64,000 nucleotides of DNA from Bythopirellula sp. (GCA_965216565.1 OZ244170.1:2496001-2560000), one strand, 5' to 3'; positions 27,213 to 38,147 are shown, counted from the stretch's first letter. Numbers and translations are program-made. The notes: a model not told the origin generated them from the letters alone.

Positions 27213-28130
27213 ATGGCCGGTTTCAAAACTCATATCACAACCAGTAGTGTACTTGGCGTAGGCTATGCCGGGTTGGGTTTTCATTTGGGAATCCCCTGGG
27301 AGTCTTCACTGCTTGCCGGCGGACTGTGCGGTATTGGTGGGATGCTGCCCGACATCGATAGCGACTCGGGAATTCCCTTTCGCGAATCGATGGGTTTTGC
27401 CGCGGCCATTATCCCTGTGATGATGCTCGATCGGTTACGCGAGTTGGGGCTCAACTACGAACAATTTATTCTCGCCACGGCGAGTATCTATTTATTTGTG
27501 CGATTCGGCCTGGCAAAAATGCTGGCCAAGTATACCGTCCATCGAGGAATGTTCCACAGTTTGCCTGCTGCGCTGATTTTCGCCGGCGTGGCATTCCTAG
27601 TCAGTGGTTCCAACGATCTACAGCTACGCTATTTCAAAGCTTGTGGGGTATTTGCTGGTGTGATGTCGCATCTGATACTCGACGAAATCTATGCCGTCGA
27701 ATGGAAAGGTGGCCGATGGCGATTCAAGAAATCGTTTGGGACTGCCATCAAGCTGTGGGGAAAAAATGGCTGGGCGAACATCTCCACCTACAGCAAACTC
27801 GTTTTGGTGATGTTGATGATTCTTGGCGAGCCGATGGTGATGGAGCGTTATGGCGAAGTCACGCCGCTGGCGATTAAACGCAATAAGCTCAATTCACAGT
27901 TCGCCCAAAACAACCCATTCGCGCCCGCCATGGAAGGCAACGCGCAGTTGCCGCCAACTTCAACCAACATCCTGCCGCCCGGCACACCGATTACTCCGCA
28001 GGCCAGTACGTTGGATCCGAGTCGAATCCCTCCGATCGAAACAGTCCCGATCGACGGCGGCCCTCCCCCGCAAACAGATCGCAACATCTACGACACCGCC
28101 CGGCGATTGTGGAACGAACTCCGCGAATAA
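27213..28130 (+). CDS. Membrane-bound metal-dependent hydrolase (YdjM-like)
   Basis: MAGFKTH, LPDIDS, HRGMFHS and SHLILD motifs. Confidence 0.85.
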   Translation: MAGFKTHITTSSVLGVGYAGLGFHLGIPWESSLLAGGLCGIGGMLPDIDSDSGIPFRESMGFAAAIIPVMMLDRLRELGLNYEQFILATASIYLFVRFGLAKMLAKYTVHRGMFHSLPAALIFAGVAFLVSGSNDLQLRYFKACGVFAGVMSHLILDEIYAVEWKGGRWRFKKSFGTAIKLWGKNGWANISTYSKLVLVMLMILGEPMVMERYGEVTPLAIKRNKLNSQFAQNNPFAPAMEGNAQLPPTSTNILPPGTPITPQASTLDPSRIPPIETVPIDGGPPPQTDRNIYDTARRLWNELRE

Positions 28131-28319
28131 GTTGCTGCTCTGCTGAGCAATTTCTCTGACAGGATTACAAGATGAGCAGGATCAACAGGATGTAGTTTTA
28201 CTTTCTGTATCCTGTTGATCCTGCAAATCCAGTCATCCGGTCCTTCTCATAAATCTCCGTTCCCTCTGTTCCCTCCTGTTCAAAAATTTCCGTGCCTCTT
28301 CGCGTTTACGTGGCGGACT

Positions 28320-28763
28320 TCAATCCTCCGAGTCAATCCAGATCGTCACCGGCCCGTCGTTGGTAAGTTCGACTTCCATGTGCGTTCGGAATCGGCCCGT
28401 GCCGACGGAGATGCCTTGGCTGCGGACATATTCGACAAAGTCGTTGTACATCATCTCGGCCTTCTCCGGCGGCGCGGCGTCGATAAAGCTGGGCCGCCGT
28501 CCCTTGCGGCAATCGCCGAATAGGGTGAATTGGCTCACCACCAGCATCTCACCGCCGACGTCGGCTAGCGAGAGATTCATCTTGCCGGCTTCATCTTCGA
28601 AGATCCGCAGGCCCACAATCTTGTCGGCCAGCCACTTCAATTGCTTCTGCTCATCCGCACCGGCAACGCCCAGCAACACCAGCAGCCCGCGCTTGATTTC
28701 GCCCGTGATTTCGCCATCGACGACCACGCGCGACTGGCTAACTCGTTGGATCAAGGCACGCAT
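28320..28763 (-). CDS. dtd: D-aminoacyl-tRNA deacylase
   Basis: [20 protein letters not shown] and NDGPVT. Confidence 0.96.
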   Translation of the reverse strand: MRALIQRVSQSRVVVDGEITGEIKRGLLVLLGVAGADEQKQLKWLADKIVGLRIFEDEAGKMNLSLADVGGEMLVVSQFTLFGDCRKGRRPSFIDAAPPEKAEMMYNDFVEYVRSQGISVGTGRFRTHMEVELTNDGPVTIWIDSED

Positions 28764-28924
28764 AGGGAAAGATTCGAGGTGAGGGGCAGAAGCAGGGGCA
28801 CGGGACGAACCACAACTTAGGCGAAACGAATCCAACTGACAACTGACCACTGACAACGGACAAGGAACCTGCGATACTAGTAGATTCCCCTCCCCTGCCC
28901 TGCCCTATCCTGCTTAAAAAACCT

Positions 28925-29788
28925 ATGAGCCCCGTCGTCCTGATCACCTACTACTGCCTGCTGATTCTCGGGGCGTCGATTGCCGGGGGGATGATTCCGG
29001 TGTGGTTTCATCTGACGCATCGGCGGATGGAGGTGGCCGTGAGCTTCGTCGCTGGGGTGATGTTGGGGGTGGGACTGTTGCACATGCTACCGCACGCGGT
29101 GAGCCAGGTGCTGGCCGAGTCGGACGATGCCGAAGCGAGCCTGATCAACGTGATGCTCTGCGTGCTACTGGGTCTCTTGGCCATGTTCTTGATCGAACGA
29201 TTCTTCTGCTTTCACCATCACGAGGTGGAAGATGGCGAAGTGACTTGCCACCACGATCATGCCCACGATGACCAACACTCCCACGGTCACGATCTTACCT
29301 GGAGCGGAGCCGCACTGGGACTCACTCTGCATAGCGTGATTGCAGGCATCGCACTCGCGGCAAGTGTGGCCCACGGCCATGCCGAGCTGCGACTACCAGG
29401 CCTCGGCACATTCTTGGTGATCCTGCTGCATAAGCCGTTCGATTCGATGACCATCGGCACCCTGATGGCCCGCGGCGGTTGGTCGTTGGCATCGCGGCAT
29501 TTGGTGAACGGACTGTTTTCACTGGCAATCCCGGTTGGCGTCGCAATTTTTTATGTGGGCCTCATGGGCGAAACCGACGGTGGCTCGTTGCTCGGCTACG
29601 TTCTGGCGTTCGCGGCGGGTACATTCCTGTGCGTTTCGCTTAGCGACTTGCTGCCCGAACTGCAGTTCCACGATCACGATCGCTTGCTGCTCACTTCAGC
29701 GCTGGTCGTGGGATTGGCACTGGCGTATGGCGTATGCCAGTTGGAGTCGCTGTTGCACTCGCACCCCCCTACCCCGCCAGTTGGGTGA
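28925..29788 (+). CDS. ZIP family metal transporter
   Basis: LLHMLPHA, a His-rich loop, LHS...G, ILLHKP and DLLPE. Confidence 0.9.
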   Translation: MSPVVLITYYCLLILGASIAGGMIPVWFHLTHRRMEVAVSFVAGVMLGVGLLHMLPHAVSQVLAESDDAEASLINVMLCVLLGLLAMFLIERFFCFHHHEVEDGEVTCHHDHAHDDQHSHGHDLTWSGAALGLTLHSVIAGIALAASVAHGHAELRLPGLGTFLVILLHKPFDSMTIGTLMARGGWSLASRHLVNGLFSLAIPVGVAIFYVGLMGETDGGSLLGYVLAFAAGTFLCVSLSDLLPELQFHDHDRLLLTSALVVGLALAYGVCQLESLLHSHPPTPPVG

Positions 29789-29860
29789 GGGGGTTTGAGC
29801 GGAAGCGGTATTGAGAGCTACGCTGTGAGTCAATTTGCCTAGTAGTTTCACGCTTGTTCA

Positions 29861-30059
29861 TTCCCCGAAGGGGATACATTCGTAAGCCCAGGGTTGCGGC
29901 GTAGCCGCTACCCTGGGTATCAGAGGATACTTTTCCTACCCTGAAAGGGTTGTTCGCGATGTTCAACCCATTCAGGGTAGGTAACTCTCTATCCCAAAAC
30001 CCAGGGTAGATCGTTTCACGATCAACCCTGGGCTGAGGAGTTCAACGCCTTCGGCGTAA
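29861..30059. repeat. Composite REP/BIME-like palindromic element
   Basis: Nested palindromes CCCCGAAGGGG, AGCCCAGGGT...ACCCTGGG (twice) and CCTACCCTGAAAGGGTTG/CAACCCATTCAGGGTAGG between convergent genes. Confidence 0.7.
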
Positions 30060-30206
30060 CATAGGATTGGACATTTTAATAGCAGCCCCATCTTCATCGA
30101 CCTGACGCATTTCTGTATTCGAGCGTGTGCGATCAACCCTCCCCTAGCCCCTCCTGTCCACGGGCGAGTCGCTAAGGCGACCTTTCAAGGGAGGGGGACG
30201 AATTGC

Positions 30207-30344
30207 CTAGAAGCAGTTTCAAGACCGAAAACAATCCCATGTGAGCCGACGGCGTTAGCCGCGGGTAGCGCACGTCCAAGTGTTGTTCTGGTGCTACCCG
30301 ACGCTAGCGCGTTCGGCTCACTGATTTTTTGAAACTGCTTCTAG
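30207..30344. mobile_element. MITE-like element: 16-bp perfect terminal inverted repeats enclosing a REP doublet
   Basis: CTAGAAGCAGTTTCAA (30207-30222) and TTGAAACTGCTTCTAG (30329-30344), with the REP doublet at 30241-30321 inside. Confidence 0.65.
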
Positions 30345-32134
30345 TCGGTTGCGGCTTCTAGCTCTTCCCAACGGGCGTAGGACTTAGCCAGTTGGTCTTC
30401 CAGTTTTTTGAGCTGCGATTGATCGGCGGCAATGACGGTGCCGTCTTGCTGGTAGTATTCGGCTGCGGCCATCTTGCTGTGAAACTCAGCGACCTCGGCC
30501 TCCAAGCCCTCAATGGTCGCTGGCAATTTTTTGAGTTCGTGCTGCTCGTTGAAGCTCAGCTTCTTCTTGCTCGGCGTCGATTTCGTTTTTTGCGGCTTCG
30601 CGGATTGCTCTTTTGTCGCGGTTGATGCTTCTTGAGCTGTTCTTTGCGCCAACCAGTCGTCGTAGCCGCCCACGTATTCCTTCACGCCGGAGGGCTCGAA
30701 AACGATGGTACTGCTTACCACATTGTTGAGAAACGCTCGGTCATGACTCACCAGCAGAATCGTGCCGTCGTACTCCACCAGGCGTGCCTCAAGCATCTCG
30801 AGCGTCTCGGCATCGAGGTCGTTGGTCGGTTCGTCGAGCACAATCAAGTTGGCAGGCTTGGCGAAGAGTTTGGCCAATAGAACGCGGTTACGCTCGCCAC
30901 CGGAGAGAAACTTTACCTGTGTGCGGGCCCGTTCGGGCGTGAAGAGAAATTCTTGGAGGTAGCCGATGATATGCTTCTGCCGACCTCCGATTTTCAGTTC
31001 AGTTTGCCCCTCGCTTACGTTGTGTTCGATGGTTTCGTCTTCGTCGAGTTGATCGCGGAGTTGATCGAAATAAGCGATTTGCAAATTTGTGCCGGTGCGG
31101 ACCGTGCCTTGCTGCGGATCGAGTTGGCCAAGGAGAATCCTCAGCAGCGTCGACTTACCGACACCGTTGGGTCCAATGATGCCGATCTTATCGCCCCGCA
31201 TGATAAGGGTTGAAAAATCGTCGAGGATCGGTCGGTCGGGGTAGGCGAACGTAACATTCTTGGCTTCAACCACCAGGTTGCCACTTCGCTGGGCTGATTG
31301 AATGGTGAGTTGTGCGGTGCCGGTGGCTTCACGGCGTTGACTGCGCTCGACGCGCATTTTTTTGAGTGCTCGTACACGTCCCTCGTTGCGTGTGCGTCGC
31401 GCTTTGATGCCCTGACGAATCCAAACTTCTTCCTGGGCAAGTCTCTTGTCGAACAGAGCATCTTGCTTTTCCTGCGCCGCGAGTGCGGCTTCTTTTCGGC
31501 TGAGGAACGTATCGTAGTCGCACGACCAATCGAAGAGCCGACCGCGATCGATCTCCAGAATGCGTGTAGCAAGCCTGCGGAGGAACATGCGATCGTGCGT
31601 GACGAAGATCAACGTCCCTGGCCAACTGAGGAGGAAGTTCTCTAACCAGCCAATTGCATCGATATCAAGATGGTTCGTTGGTTCGTCGAGTAACAACAGA
31701 TCCGGCTGAGCCACTAATGCTGCAGCGAGCAGGACCCGCCGTTTCATGCCGGAGGAAAGGGTGTCGAATTCAGTCTCTCCCACTAGCTCCATTTGCGAAA
31801 GCGTCTTCTCGACGCGGTGCTCACCCTCCCAAGCCGAATCGGTCTGTCGTAGGCTCGCCGGCAACCCCTCGGCAACTACCTCGGCAACTTTTTTCGCGGT
31901 ATCGCTGGGCACATCTTGCTGGAGATAAGCAACCTGGGCGTCGTTTTCAAAATCGATCGTCCCGTGGTCCGGTTGAACATCGCCGCAGAGCATTTTGAGT
32001 AATGTCGACTTGCCGGCACCATTGCGGCCTAGCAGTCCAATCCGCCCGCTCCGTTCAATTTGGCAGGAGACATCATCCAACAGACTGGGTCCCCGAAAGC
32101 CTATGGAAACATTTTGAATAGAGACTAATGCCAT
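30341..32134 (-). CDS. uup: ABC-F family ATPase (Uup-like)
   Basis: Two ABC domains (GRNGAGKST; GPNGVGKST; LDEPTN twice), WIRQGIKARRTRNEGRVRALK linker and a C-terminal coiled coil. Confidence 0.88.
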   Translation of the reverse strand: MALVSIQNVSIGFRGPSLLDDVSCQIERSGRIGLLGRNGAGKSTLLKMLCGDVQPDHGTIDFENDAQVAYLQQDVPSDTAKKVAEVVAEGLPASLRQTDSAWEGEHRVEKTLSQMELVGETEFDTLSSGMKRRVLLAAALVAQPDLLLLDEPTNHLDIDAIGWLENFLLSWPGTLIFVTHDRMFLRRLATRILEIDRGRLFDWSCDYDTFLSRKEAALAAQEKQDALFDKRLAQEEVWIRQGIKARRTRNEGRVRALKKMRVERSQRREATGTAQLTIQSAQRSGNLVVEAKNVTFAYPDRPILDDFSTLIMRGDKIGIIGPNGVGKSTLLRILLGQLDPQQGTVRTGTNLQIAYFDQLRDQLDEDETIEHNVSEGQTELKIGGRQKHIIGYLQEFLFTPERARTQVKFLSGGERNRVLLAKLFAKPANLIVLDEPTNDLDAETLEMLEARLVEYDGTILLVSHDRAFLNNVVSSTIVFEPSGVKEYVGGYDDWLAQRTAQEASTATKEQSAKPQKTKSTPSKKKLSFNEQHELKKLPATIEGLEAEVAEFHSKMAAAEYYQQDGTVIAADQSQLKKLEDQLAKSYARWEELEAATD

Positions 32135-32392
32135 GGAGCGGATGGGCCCGTTGATCAATTGCGGTTTAGTAAAGCTATAGCCACAGAGTTCACAGAGATA
32201 AAAGAGAAAGGATTATCCTCTCGGGCGAATTCTCGGGTACTGCCGGCGACTTCTCTTGGTATTACCTTTAAAGAATAGCCAATGCCAAACATAACAACTG
32301 AGCTTGTTTCAAGCGAGACAAGTAGATGCCTAAATCTACTCGGTGCTCTCTGTGGCTCATCAGAAGTACTGCTCAGGCGAAGCAAGTGTCGA

Positions 32393-33433
32393 TTACACCG
32401 ACTGCGTTTCGAGATTGGCAGCCTGCGATTGTTGCTGCGGCTGGGCCGTGTGTCCTTCGCGAATCCAATCGAGAATTCGCCAATCGAGCCAACGGAAATC
32501 GGGATCGCCGTTGCGAGCAGCCATGAATCCAAGGTGACCGCCACGGGGGACAGTGATGGTTTCAATCCATGAACTCTTTTCTGCTTTCATCAGCGGAGCG
32601 ATGGGCACCACCGGGTCGTCTTCGCTAGTAAAGATGGTCACGGGCTGACGGATCGATGCCAGCTTGGGTCCTGGCGAAGCATCCAGATAGTAGGCTTCGG
32701 TCGATTGATAGCCCCCGCTAGGTGCGATCACCCAGTCATCGAGTTCGCGTAATTTGCGAGGAGGTCGAGTAATGTTAGGCGGCTGTGATTCTGGGAAGTG
32801 AAGCCAACGCTTCAGGTTTTGCTTCCAAAGCAAATTCACAAGATAGCGATCGTATCTACGGCTGATGCCGGAACGAAAATCGATTTCGATCTCAACAAGA
32901 TCTACCGGCGGTGAAATCAGGAACGAGCGATCCAGATTTCCAACCCGCATCTCTCCTGCTTCGACGAGCATATTGAGAGCCAAGGTGCCACTCATTGAAA
33001 ATGCGGCAAGATTGGTATTGGTGTCGGGATACAGTTCGGCAATGTGCTCCAACGCCGCGGCAACGTCTTGCCAGCGTCCGCAATGAGTCGGCTTGCTGGC
33101 CACGCTAATGCCGTCGCCGCAACCGCGCATGTCCATTCGAAAAGCACGGTAACCTCGGGCCCCAAGCTTTTCGACCATTCGGCAAAGATAAGTGCTGGTG
33201 TGGCAACCCGCCAAGCCGTGAATCATCAAGACGTTTGGAAGCGCTGGATCGACGAATTCCGGCTGCTCTTCGTGCAGCACCAATTGATCGCCATCGCTTA
33301 GGTTAACGAAGTGTTTCTTCGCACTGTAAGGAGCATACTTACGCGGCCAGGTGATACCCATCACGGTCTGCGCGTGACGGTTCGCCATCATCGGATGGAC
33401 GTGAAATTTCCATTTTTCACTACGGTCTGCCAT
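32393..33433 (-). CDS. YheT-family alpha/beta hydrolase
   Basis: NRHAQT, IHGLAG, MRGCG, AFSMSG, DDPVV and GGHLGF. Confidence 0.85.
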   Translation of the reverse strand: MADRSEKWKFHVHPMMANRHAQTVMGITWPRKYAPYSAKKHFVNLSDGDQLVLHEEQPEFVDPALPNVLMIHGLAGCHTSTYLCRMVEKLGARGYRAFRMDMRGCGDGISVASKPTHCGRWQDVAAALEHIAELYPDTNTNLAAFSMSGTLALNMLVEAGEMRVGNLDRSFLISPPVDLVEIEIDFRSGISRRYDRYLVNLLWKQNLKRWLHFPESQPPNITRPPRKLRELDDWVIAPSGGYQSTEAYYLDASPGPKLASIRQPVTIFTSEDDPVVPIAPLMKAEKSSWIETITVPRGGHLGFMAARNGDPDFRWLDWRILDWIREGHTAQPQQQSQAANLETQSV

Positions 33434-33784
33434 GGCACTCGTGGGGGAAACGCGGCGGGGAATACTTGAACTTTAACTACCAGTTTACCAGATATATGTT
33501 CTTGTTCGAGGCCTGTACCCGAACAGGCCGATCCACTGTCTTAATTGCTACATGCGTCACGGTTTACCAGCCTCTGCTAACCACTGCCAGCAATCATTTG
33601 GTTGAGAGTGTCTCGCCCTCGGTCCGAAATAACCAACTAGAGCACAGCGTGTCGGCAGGCGACCGAGGCCGATTCTTTCCTTACGGAATCACCCACCGAA
33701 TAGGTCGCTGCCCAGCGTCAGTTGCTCTAACTTTGGCATCGGAAGTCCAAAGCACGCTTCTTGAAACTTAGCGAAAGGCACGTG

Positions 33785-34543
33785 ATGGATCGAGACTTAA
33801 TTGTGCCCCGAGTCGCATTTGTAATCAACCTCGCTTCCAGCGATTCGACTCGACTTAGCCCAGCCCGACTACGTCACTTAATTCATCTGTTCCGCAGCCA
33901 CCGCATTCATGCGACATGGGCGGTAGAAGATGCCAGCATGGCGGCGCTGCTGCAAGAGCAGTCTGCCGAATTGTCCGCCGACCACGTAGCGCTGAATCTA
34001 CGGCATCTCGAAACCGGTCCTCAACTTGCCGGCCGCGAGTTTAGTGCCAAATTGACCACCAGCATGAACGATTTGGCTTCCTCCTTAAGCGAACCCCCTC
34101 GTGTTGTTCTCAGTAATGGTACCGAGCTGCGCTCGCGGTTGCCCCTGCTGTCGAAGTGGGGAATCTGTTCCGTAGTTTCCACTGGGCAACATCGGTCCCA
34201 AAGTGCTCGGCCCCGTGCCCTCTCCTGCGGACTGTGGCAAGTGACGCCCAGCATTGAACTTCCCCGACGTGGCATGTGGCAGCGAATGACTCGACGAGGT
34301 CCTTCGGTACGAGAGATTTCTGCGGCCGCCGTGCAAGACACCGTCCTGGTGAGCGTGAATTCGACTGAATTCGAAAAACAAAGCGCCCGCCATGTTCAGT
34401 CGTTCGAGAAGTTCCTGCGCGAAGCGTCCTGGGGCGCCAGCCGAGGCCAGGTCGACCTGTGTTCGGTGATCGAGATTGTCGAAGGGCTAGCGGAGCGTCA
34501 TCAGGTGCGGCCCCAGCAATCGATTCTGAAAGTGGCTGCCTAA
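33785..34543 (+). CDS. Hypothetical protein (possible degenerate polysaccharide-deacetylase fold)
   Basis: Long ORF; LIHLFRSHRIHATWAV resembles the NodB-type N-terminus, but catalytic motifs are not evident. Confidence 0.55.
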   Translation: MDRDLIVPRVAFVINLASSDSTRLSPARLRHLIHLFRSHRIHATWAVEDASMAALLQEQSAELSADHVALNLRHLETGPQLAGREFSAKLTTSMNDLASSLSEPPRVVLSNGTELRSRLPLLSKWGICSVVSTGQHRSQSARPRALSCGLWQVTPSIELPRRGMWQRMTRRGPSVREISAAAVQDTVLVSVNSTEFEKQSARHVQSFEKFLREASWGASRGQVDLCSVIEIVEGLAERHQVRPQQSILKVAA

Positions 34544-34562
34544 ATTAAACGCAGAGTTCTCC

Positions 34563-34623
34563 GTAGCTGGATTCGCCAGAATTCAGAAACTCCTGCGGAC
34601 TGAATTCTTGCGAATCCAGCTAC
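34563..34623. repeat. GTAG-type REP palindrome
   Basis: GTAGCTGGATTCGCCAGAATTCAG ... CTGAATTCTTGCGAATCCAGCTAC between convergent genes. Confidence 0.75.
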
Positions 34624-34651
34624 CACGGATGAGCCATCTCAGACGGTGGCC

Positions 34652-34864
34652 TTACTTCTGTTCCCGGAAGGTGCTGAAGCTGACGTAGCCGAGAATGATC
34701 CCCGCGATGATGCCGCCGATATTCATGGTCATCTGGGCACCGCCGAAAGGGATGCCGGCGACCAGGTCGAGCGTGAATAGGAGCGTCAATAGCGCGGCGA
34801 CGACCAAACCAAAGATCGTCAACGCCTTAGCCATACCCGCTCCTGTACTCGTGGACACCTGCAT
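34652..34864 (-). CDS. Small two-TM hypothetical protein
   Basis: MAKALTIFGLVVAALL...FTLDLVAGIPF...; the start may be the internal ATG. Confidence 0.7.
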   Translation of the reverse strand: MQVSTSTGAGMAKALTIFGLVVAALLTLLFTLDLVAGIPFGGAQMTMNIGGIIAGIILGYVSFSTFREQK

Positions 34865-35009
34865 CAGAGAAGCCTCAAAACTGGGCTCGAAACCTCTAGT
34901 ATAATTCGTGATTTTCGGCTGTCAGGGCTTGTTGAGGGCAAAGTGAGAAATTTGCTCCCCTTGAGAATCGGCGTAATTGGACGGCGATTGAGAGGAGATT
35001 CGGCTGGTT

Positions 35010-35606
35010 CTAGGAGGCAGTCGTCAGCGAACCGGCAGACTCCGTTGGCTCGACATCCAGGCCTCGCTCTTGGCGAATAACGCGCACTTGAGCCACAATC
35101 TCCTCGATCACCTGTTGATTGAGCATGATGTTTGTCCAAGCCCGAAAGTAAGTCCAACCCACCAGGGCCAGGCCCAATAGCGAGGCAACGAAGTGGTAGT
35201 CGGCCATTGCTTGAGTACCCTCTCGGCCCGTGCCAGGATCGGAGGCTGCTCCCAGGGCTCCGACGCCTACGACGGTTAGCATTCCCACCACGCACCAAGG
35301 GAATGTCTTCCGCTTGAGCTGAGTACTTTTGGCCAGCGATATCGGATCGAGGCCGTAGGTTTCCGTCACTTCCTTGCACCAGCGGCTCGTGCCAATGAAG
35401 TAGGTGACAACCACACTGTGCAGGAACACAACCGCCAATGCGGTAGCCGTGCCGGTGAGCATGTGAACTCCCCGTGCCTGAAGCGTGCCTTCCAACACTT
35501 CCATATCAGATAGATCGTAAAGATCGCCAATCCATAGCCCCAGGACAATCGAAGCCAGAAACAGGCCCAGCGAGAGAAACGCCAGCGTGGTAAATATGCG
35601 GGGCAT
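35010..35606 (-). CDS. Hypothetical four-TM membrane protein
   Basis: Four hydrophobic helices with His residues; TYFIGTSRWCKEV motif. Confidence 0.75.
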   Translation of the reverse strand: MPRIFTTLAFLSLGLFLASIVLGLWIGDLYDLSDMEVLEGTLQARGVHMLTGTATALAVVFLHSVVVTYFIGTSRWCKEVTETYGLDPISLAKSTQLKRKTFPWCVVGMLTVVGVGALGAASDPGTGREGTQAMADYHFVASLLGLALVGWTYFRAWTNIMLNQQVIEEIVAQVRVIRQERGLDVEPTESAGSLTTAS

Positions 35607-35771
35607 TGAGGGGTGAGGATTCAGGGGTCAGGGGATTGAGATTTGCCGGAGGCTTCTCTCTCAATTCTATCCGTCCAAGTCAAGTTGCGTTAGGGCCGTT
35701 GTTTGTTTGGGGGAATCGCTCTAGATTGATAACTGACCTGCCACAGCCCCAAACCTCCACGCATACACACT

Positions 35772-36797
35772 ATGTCGACCAAGCCGCTACTTGCAATCAC
35801 CATGGGCGATGCCGCGGGCGTGGGCCCCGAAGTCATTGTGAAGGCTTGGTCGGATGAACGAATTCACGAAGCCTGCCGACTGGTCGTTTTGGGGCACCCA
35901 GAGGTACTTCGCACCGCGGCCAAACTACTCCAGAGTTCACTTACCATTGAGGAGTGCCAAGACACCACCTCGGTTGCAGACGATCCGCAAATCATCTCGT
36001 GCCTTCCGATTGGCTCGGACGATGTGCTGGATGTGACACCCGGCAGCCTTGATCGGCGCACGGGTCATGCAGCCTACGAGGCAGTCATTCGAGCCGCCGC
36101 GGGCGCCAAATCGGGCGAGTTCCAAGGACTGGTGACCGCTCCCCTAAGCAAAGCCGGGCTGCACGCTGCGGGGCATATGTATCCGGGCCATACCGAATTG
36201 CTAGCCGAGCTTTGCGGTGTGGACAATTTTGCGATGATGCTTTATCTGCCGCCCGAGGAAGTGCCCCAATGTCCGGCCGGTTTGGGCGTGGCCCATGTGA
36301 CCCTCCACATGGCGATGCGGGACGTGTTCGACCACTTATCGTCCGAAGCGATCGCCGCGAAGTGTCAATTAGCTGCGCGGGTAATGGGCGAAGGGTTTAG
36401 ACTCGAAGCTCCGCGCATCGGGGTATGTGCGCTCAACCCCCATGCGGGCGAAGATGGCCTATTCGGCGACGAAGAATCCACCATCATCGCCCCTGGAGTG
36501 CAACAAGCGATCGATGCAGGCGTAAACGCCACTGGCCCCTTCCCCACCGACACCCTGATGGGCCGTGCCCGCGATGGAGAGTTCGACGCGGTTGTGGCCA
36601 TGTATCACGATCAAGGTCACATCGCCTTGAAACTGCTGGGGATGCACCGCGCAGTGAATATCACACTGGGCCTACCCATCGTGCGGACGAGCGTCGCCCA
36701 CGGCACCGCTTACGATTGTGCCTGGCAGGGCGTAGCCGAATCAACGGGCATGGTGGCGGCGATTCTCACGGCGACAAAGCTGGCGAATAAATCTTAG
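35772..36797 (+). CDS. pdxA: 4-hydroxythreonine-4-phosphate dehydrogenase
   Basis: ITMGDAAGVGPE, GHTELLA, LNPHAGE, AMYHDQG, NITLGLPIVRTSVAHGTA. Confidence 0.95.
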   Translation: MSTKPLLAITMGDAAGVGPEVIVKAWSDERIHEACRLVVLGHPEVLRTAAKLLQSSLTIEECQDTTSVADDPQIISCLPIGSDDVLDVTPGSLDRRTGHAAYEAVIRAAAGAKSGEFQGLVTAPLSKAGLHAAGHMYPGHTELLAELCGVDNFAMMLYLPPEEVPQCPAGLGVAHVTLHMAMRDVFDHLSSEAIAAKCQLAARVMGEGFRLEAPRIGVCALNPHAGEDGLFGDEESTIIAPGVQQAIDAGVNATGPFPTDTLMGRARDGEFDAVVAMYHDQGHIALKLLGMHRAVNITLGLPIVRTSVAHGTAYDCAWQGVAESTGMVAAILTATKLANKS

Positions 36798-36875
36798 CCC
36801 CTGGCTCCGCCGGGGGATGATCGTAGGCAATTCGCAACGAAAGAGTGTGTCATCCCCCGGCGGAGCCGGGGGCTA
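36795..36875. repeat. REP doublet TAGCCCCTGGCTCCGCCGGGGGATGA / TCATCCCCCGGCGGAGCCGGGGGCTA
   Basis: 26-bp inverted repeat with one mismatch; overlaps the pdxA stop codon. Confidence 0.75.
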
Positions 36876-36901
36876 TTGACGTTTGCGACTTTCGGACGGG
36901 G

Positions 36902-37831
36902 CTATTGTCGTTTGGCTTCCATCAGTTCAAACACGAGCGCTGTTTCGTCGCTCCACTGGACGTCACCGGGACGGTATTCGAAGAGCGAATCCTTTAAGGC
37001 CGCGGCAAACTGCACTTCGAAGATTTCGTAGCGAAGTAGCGGATCCTTGGTCGGCAAAACTCCCGCTGCGCTCTGAGCCAATGCCGAATCGACAGAGCGG
37101 CGATGCTCGATCACATAGGGGAATAGATTGTTTTGTCCAACGAGTACGAGCACGTGGTGAGGAATTTGCTGGGGCCAAGTCGAAGCGTCCGCATCCTCTG
37201 AAATCTTGGGCCATTGGGATTGTAGTTGGTCAGGTCGCCAGTGACCCACCATCGCGTAGGCCGCCAGACCATTGAGCTGTGTCTTGCGACGGGGTGCGAA
37301 GGTATACCGGCGGAGCAAATCGGCAACCATCTCCGCGAGGCCCCCCTGCCCTTCTGTCATCGCGACCAATGAGGTCCAAGGCAGGGCTTGCCGCTTCGCG
37401 GCCAGGCGCGAGGAACGTCGTAAAGATTGCAGTCGACCTACATCTAACCGCAAGACTCGACGGCCACTGGGCAGTGTGCGATCCGTCCAGAGATGTTCGC
37501 CATCGAACACCTGGACGTAGCTGGCGGTCGTATCGGCAACCTGGCTTTGCATTTCCCAGCGTGTGCGGCGCTGATTGCCCACGCCGAGCTGCCAATACTT
37601 GCCAGACCCCATGACGGTGTCGTCGTAGAGTCGAGCTTGATGCCGTAGCCGAGCAGAAACGCTGGCACGCCGCTGGAGCGTGGCTAGCACTTCAGCCAGG
37701 AAGCGGTCGCCTTCCGACCCTTGCTGCGATGCAGGGACCTGTTTAGGCACAACCAGCGGAGTTTGAGCCACCGCCACAGGCAGGGCGCACACGACCGTCA
37801 GCGATAGCACTATGGCTGGCAAGCGTGGCAA
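36902..37831 (-). CDS. Exported hypothetical protein, possibly LolA-like fold
   Basis: Signal peptide; SVSARLRHQ, GSGKYWQ, QVFDGEHLW and C-terminal DSLFEYRP pattern. Confidence 0.6.
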   Translation of the reverse strand: MPRLPAIVLSLTVVCALPVAVAQTPLVVPKQVPASQQGSEGDRFLAEVLATLQRRASVSARLRHQARLYDDTVMGSGKYWQLGVGNQRRTRWEMQSQVADTTASYVQVFDGEHLWTDRTLPSGRRVLRLDVGRLQSLRRSSRLAAKRQALPWTSLVAMTEGQGGLAEMVADLLRRYTFAPRRKTQLNGLAAYAMVGHWRPDQLQSQWPKISEDADASTWPQQIPHHVLVLVGQNNLFPYVIEHRRSVDSALAQSAAGVLPTKDPLLRYEIFEVQFAAALKDSLFEYRPGDVQWSDETALVFELMEAKRQ

Positions 37832-38147
37832 AGTTTTCTACCTCTAACGGTTTTACCGGTTTTACCAAAGATTCCGCTTCCCATCCGCCGACCATTAACT
37901 TCGAGGAGCGTACTTGAACCAACCCCAGGTACGCGATCGAGTCGCGATGGGTTGGCAGATTCTAGTGGGAGTTTGCCTTGCCGGTCCACGGCAACTAGCA
38001 GAAAGCTGGAGATGTTCGCTCCAACGATTGCTAGCACGGGCATAGCTTGCACAACAATTCACAAGAAGTTGCCATCTGACAGGGATGGGCTTCGAACGAG
38101 AAATCATCACTACACGCTCTCGCTGTTGACATGCGGAGGGGAACAAC

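Noticed and set aside
29861..30344. CRISPR array
   Set aside because: The repeats are palindromic REP-like units of different families without regular repeat-spacer periodicity, and no cas genes are present.
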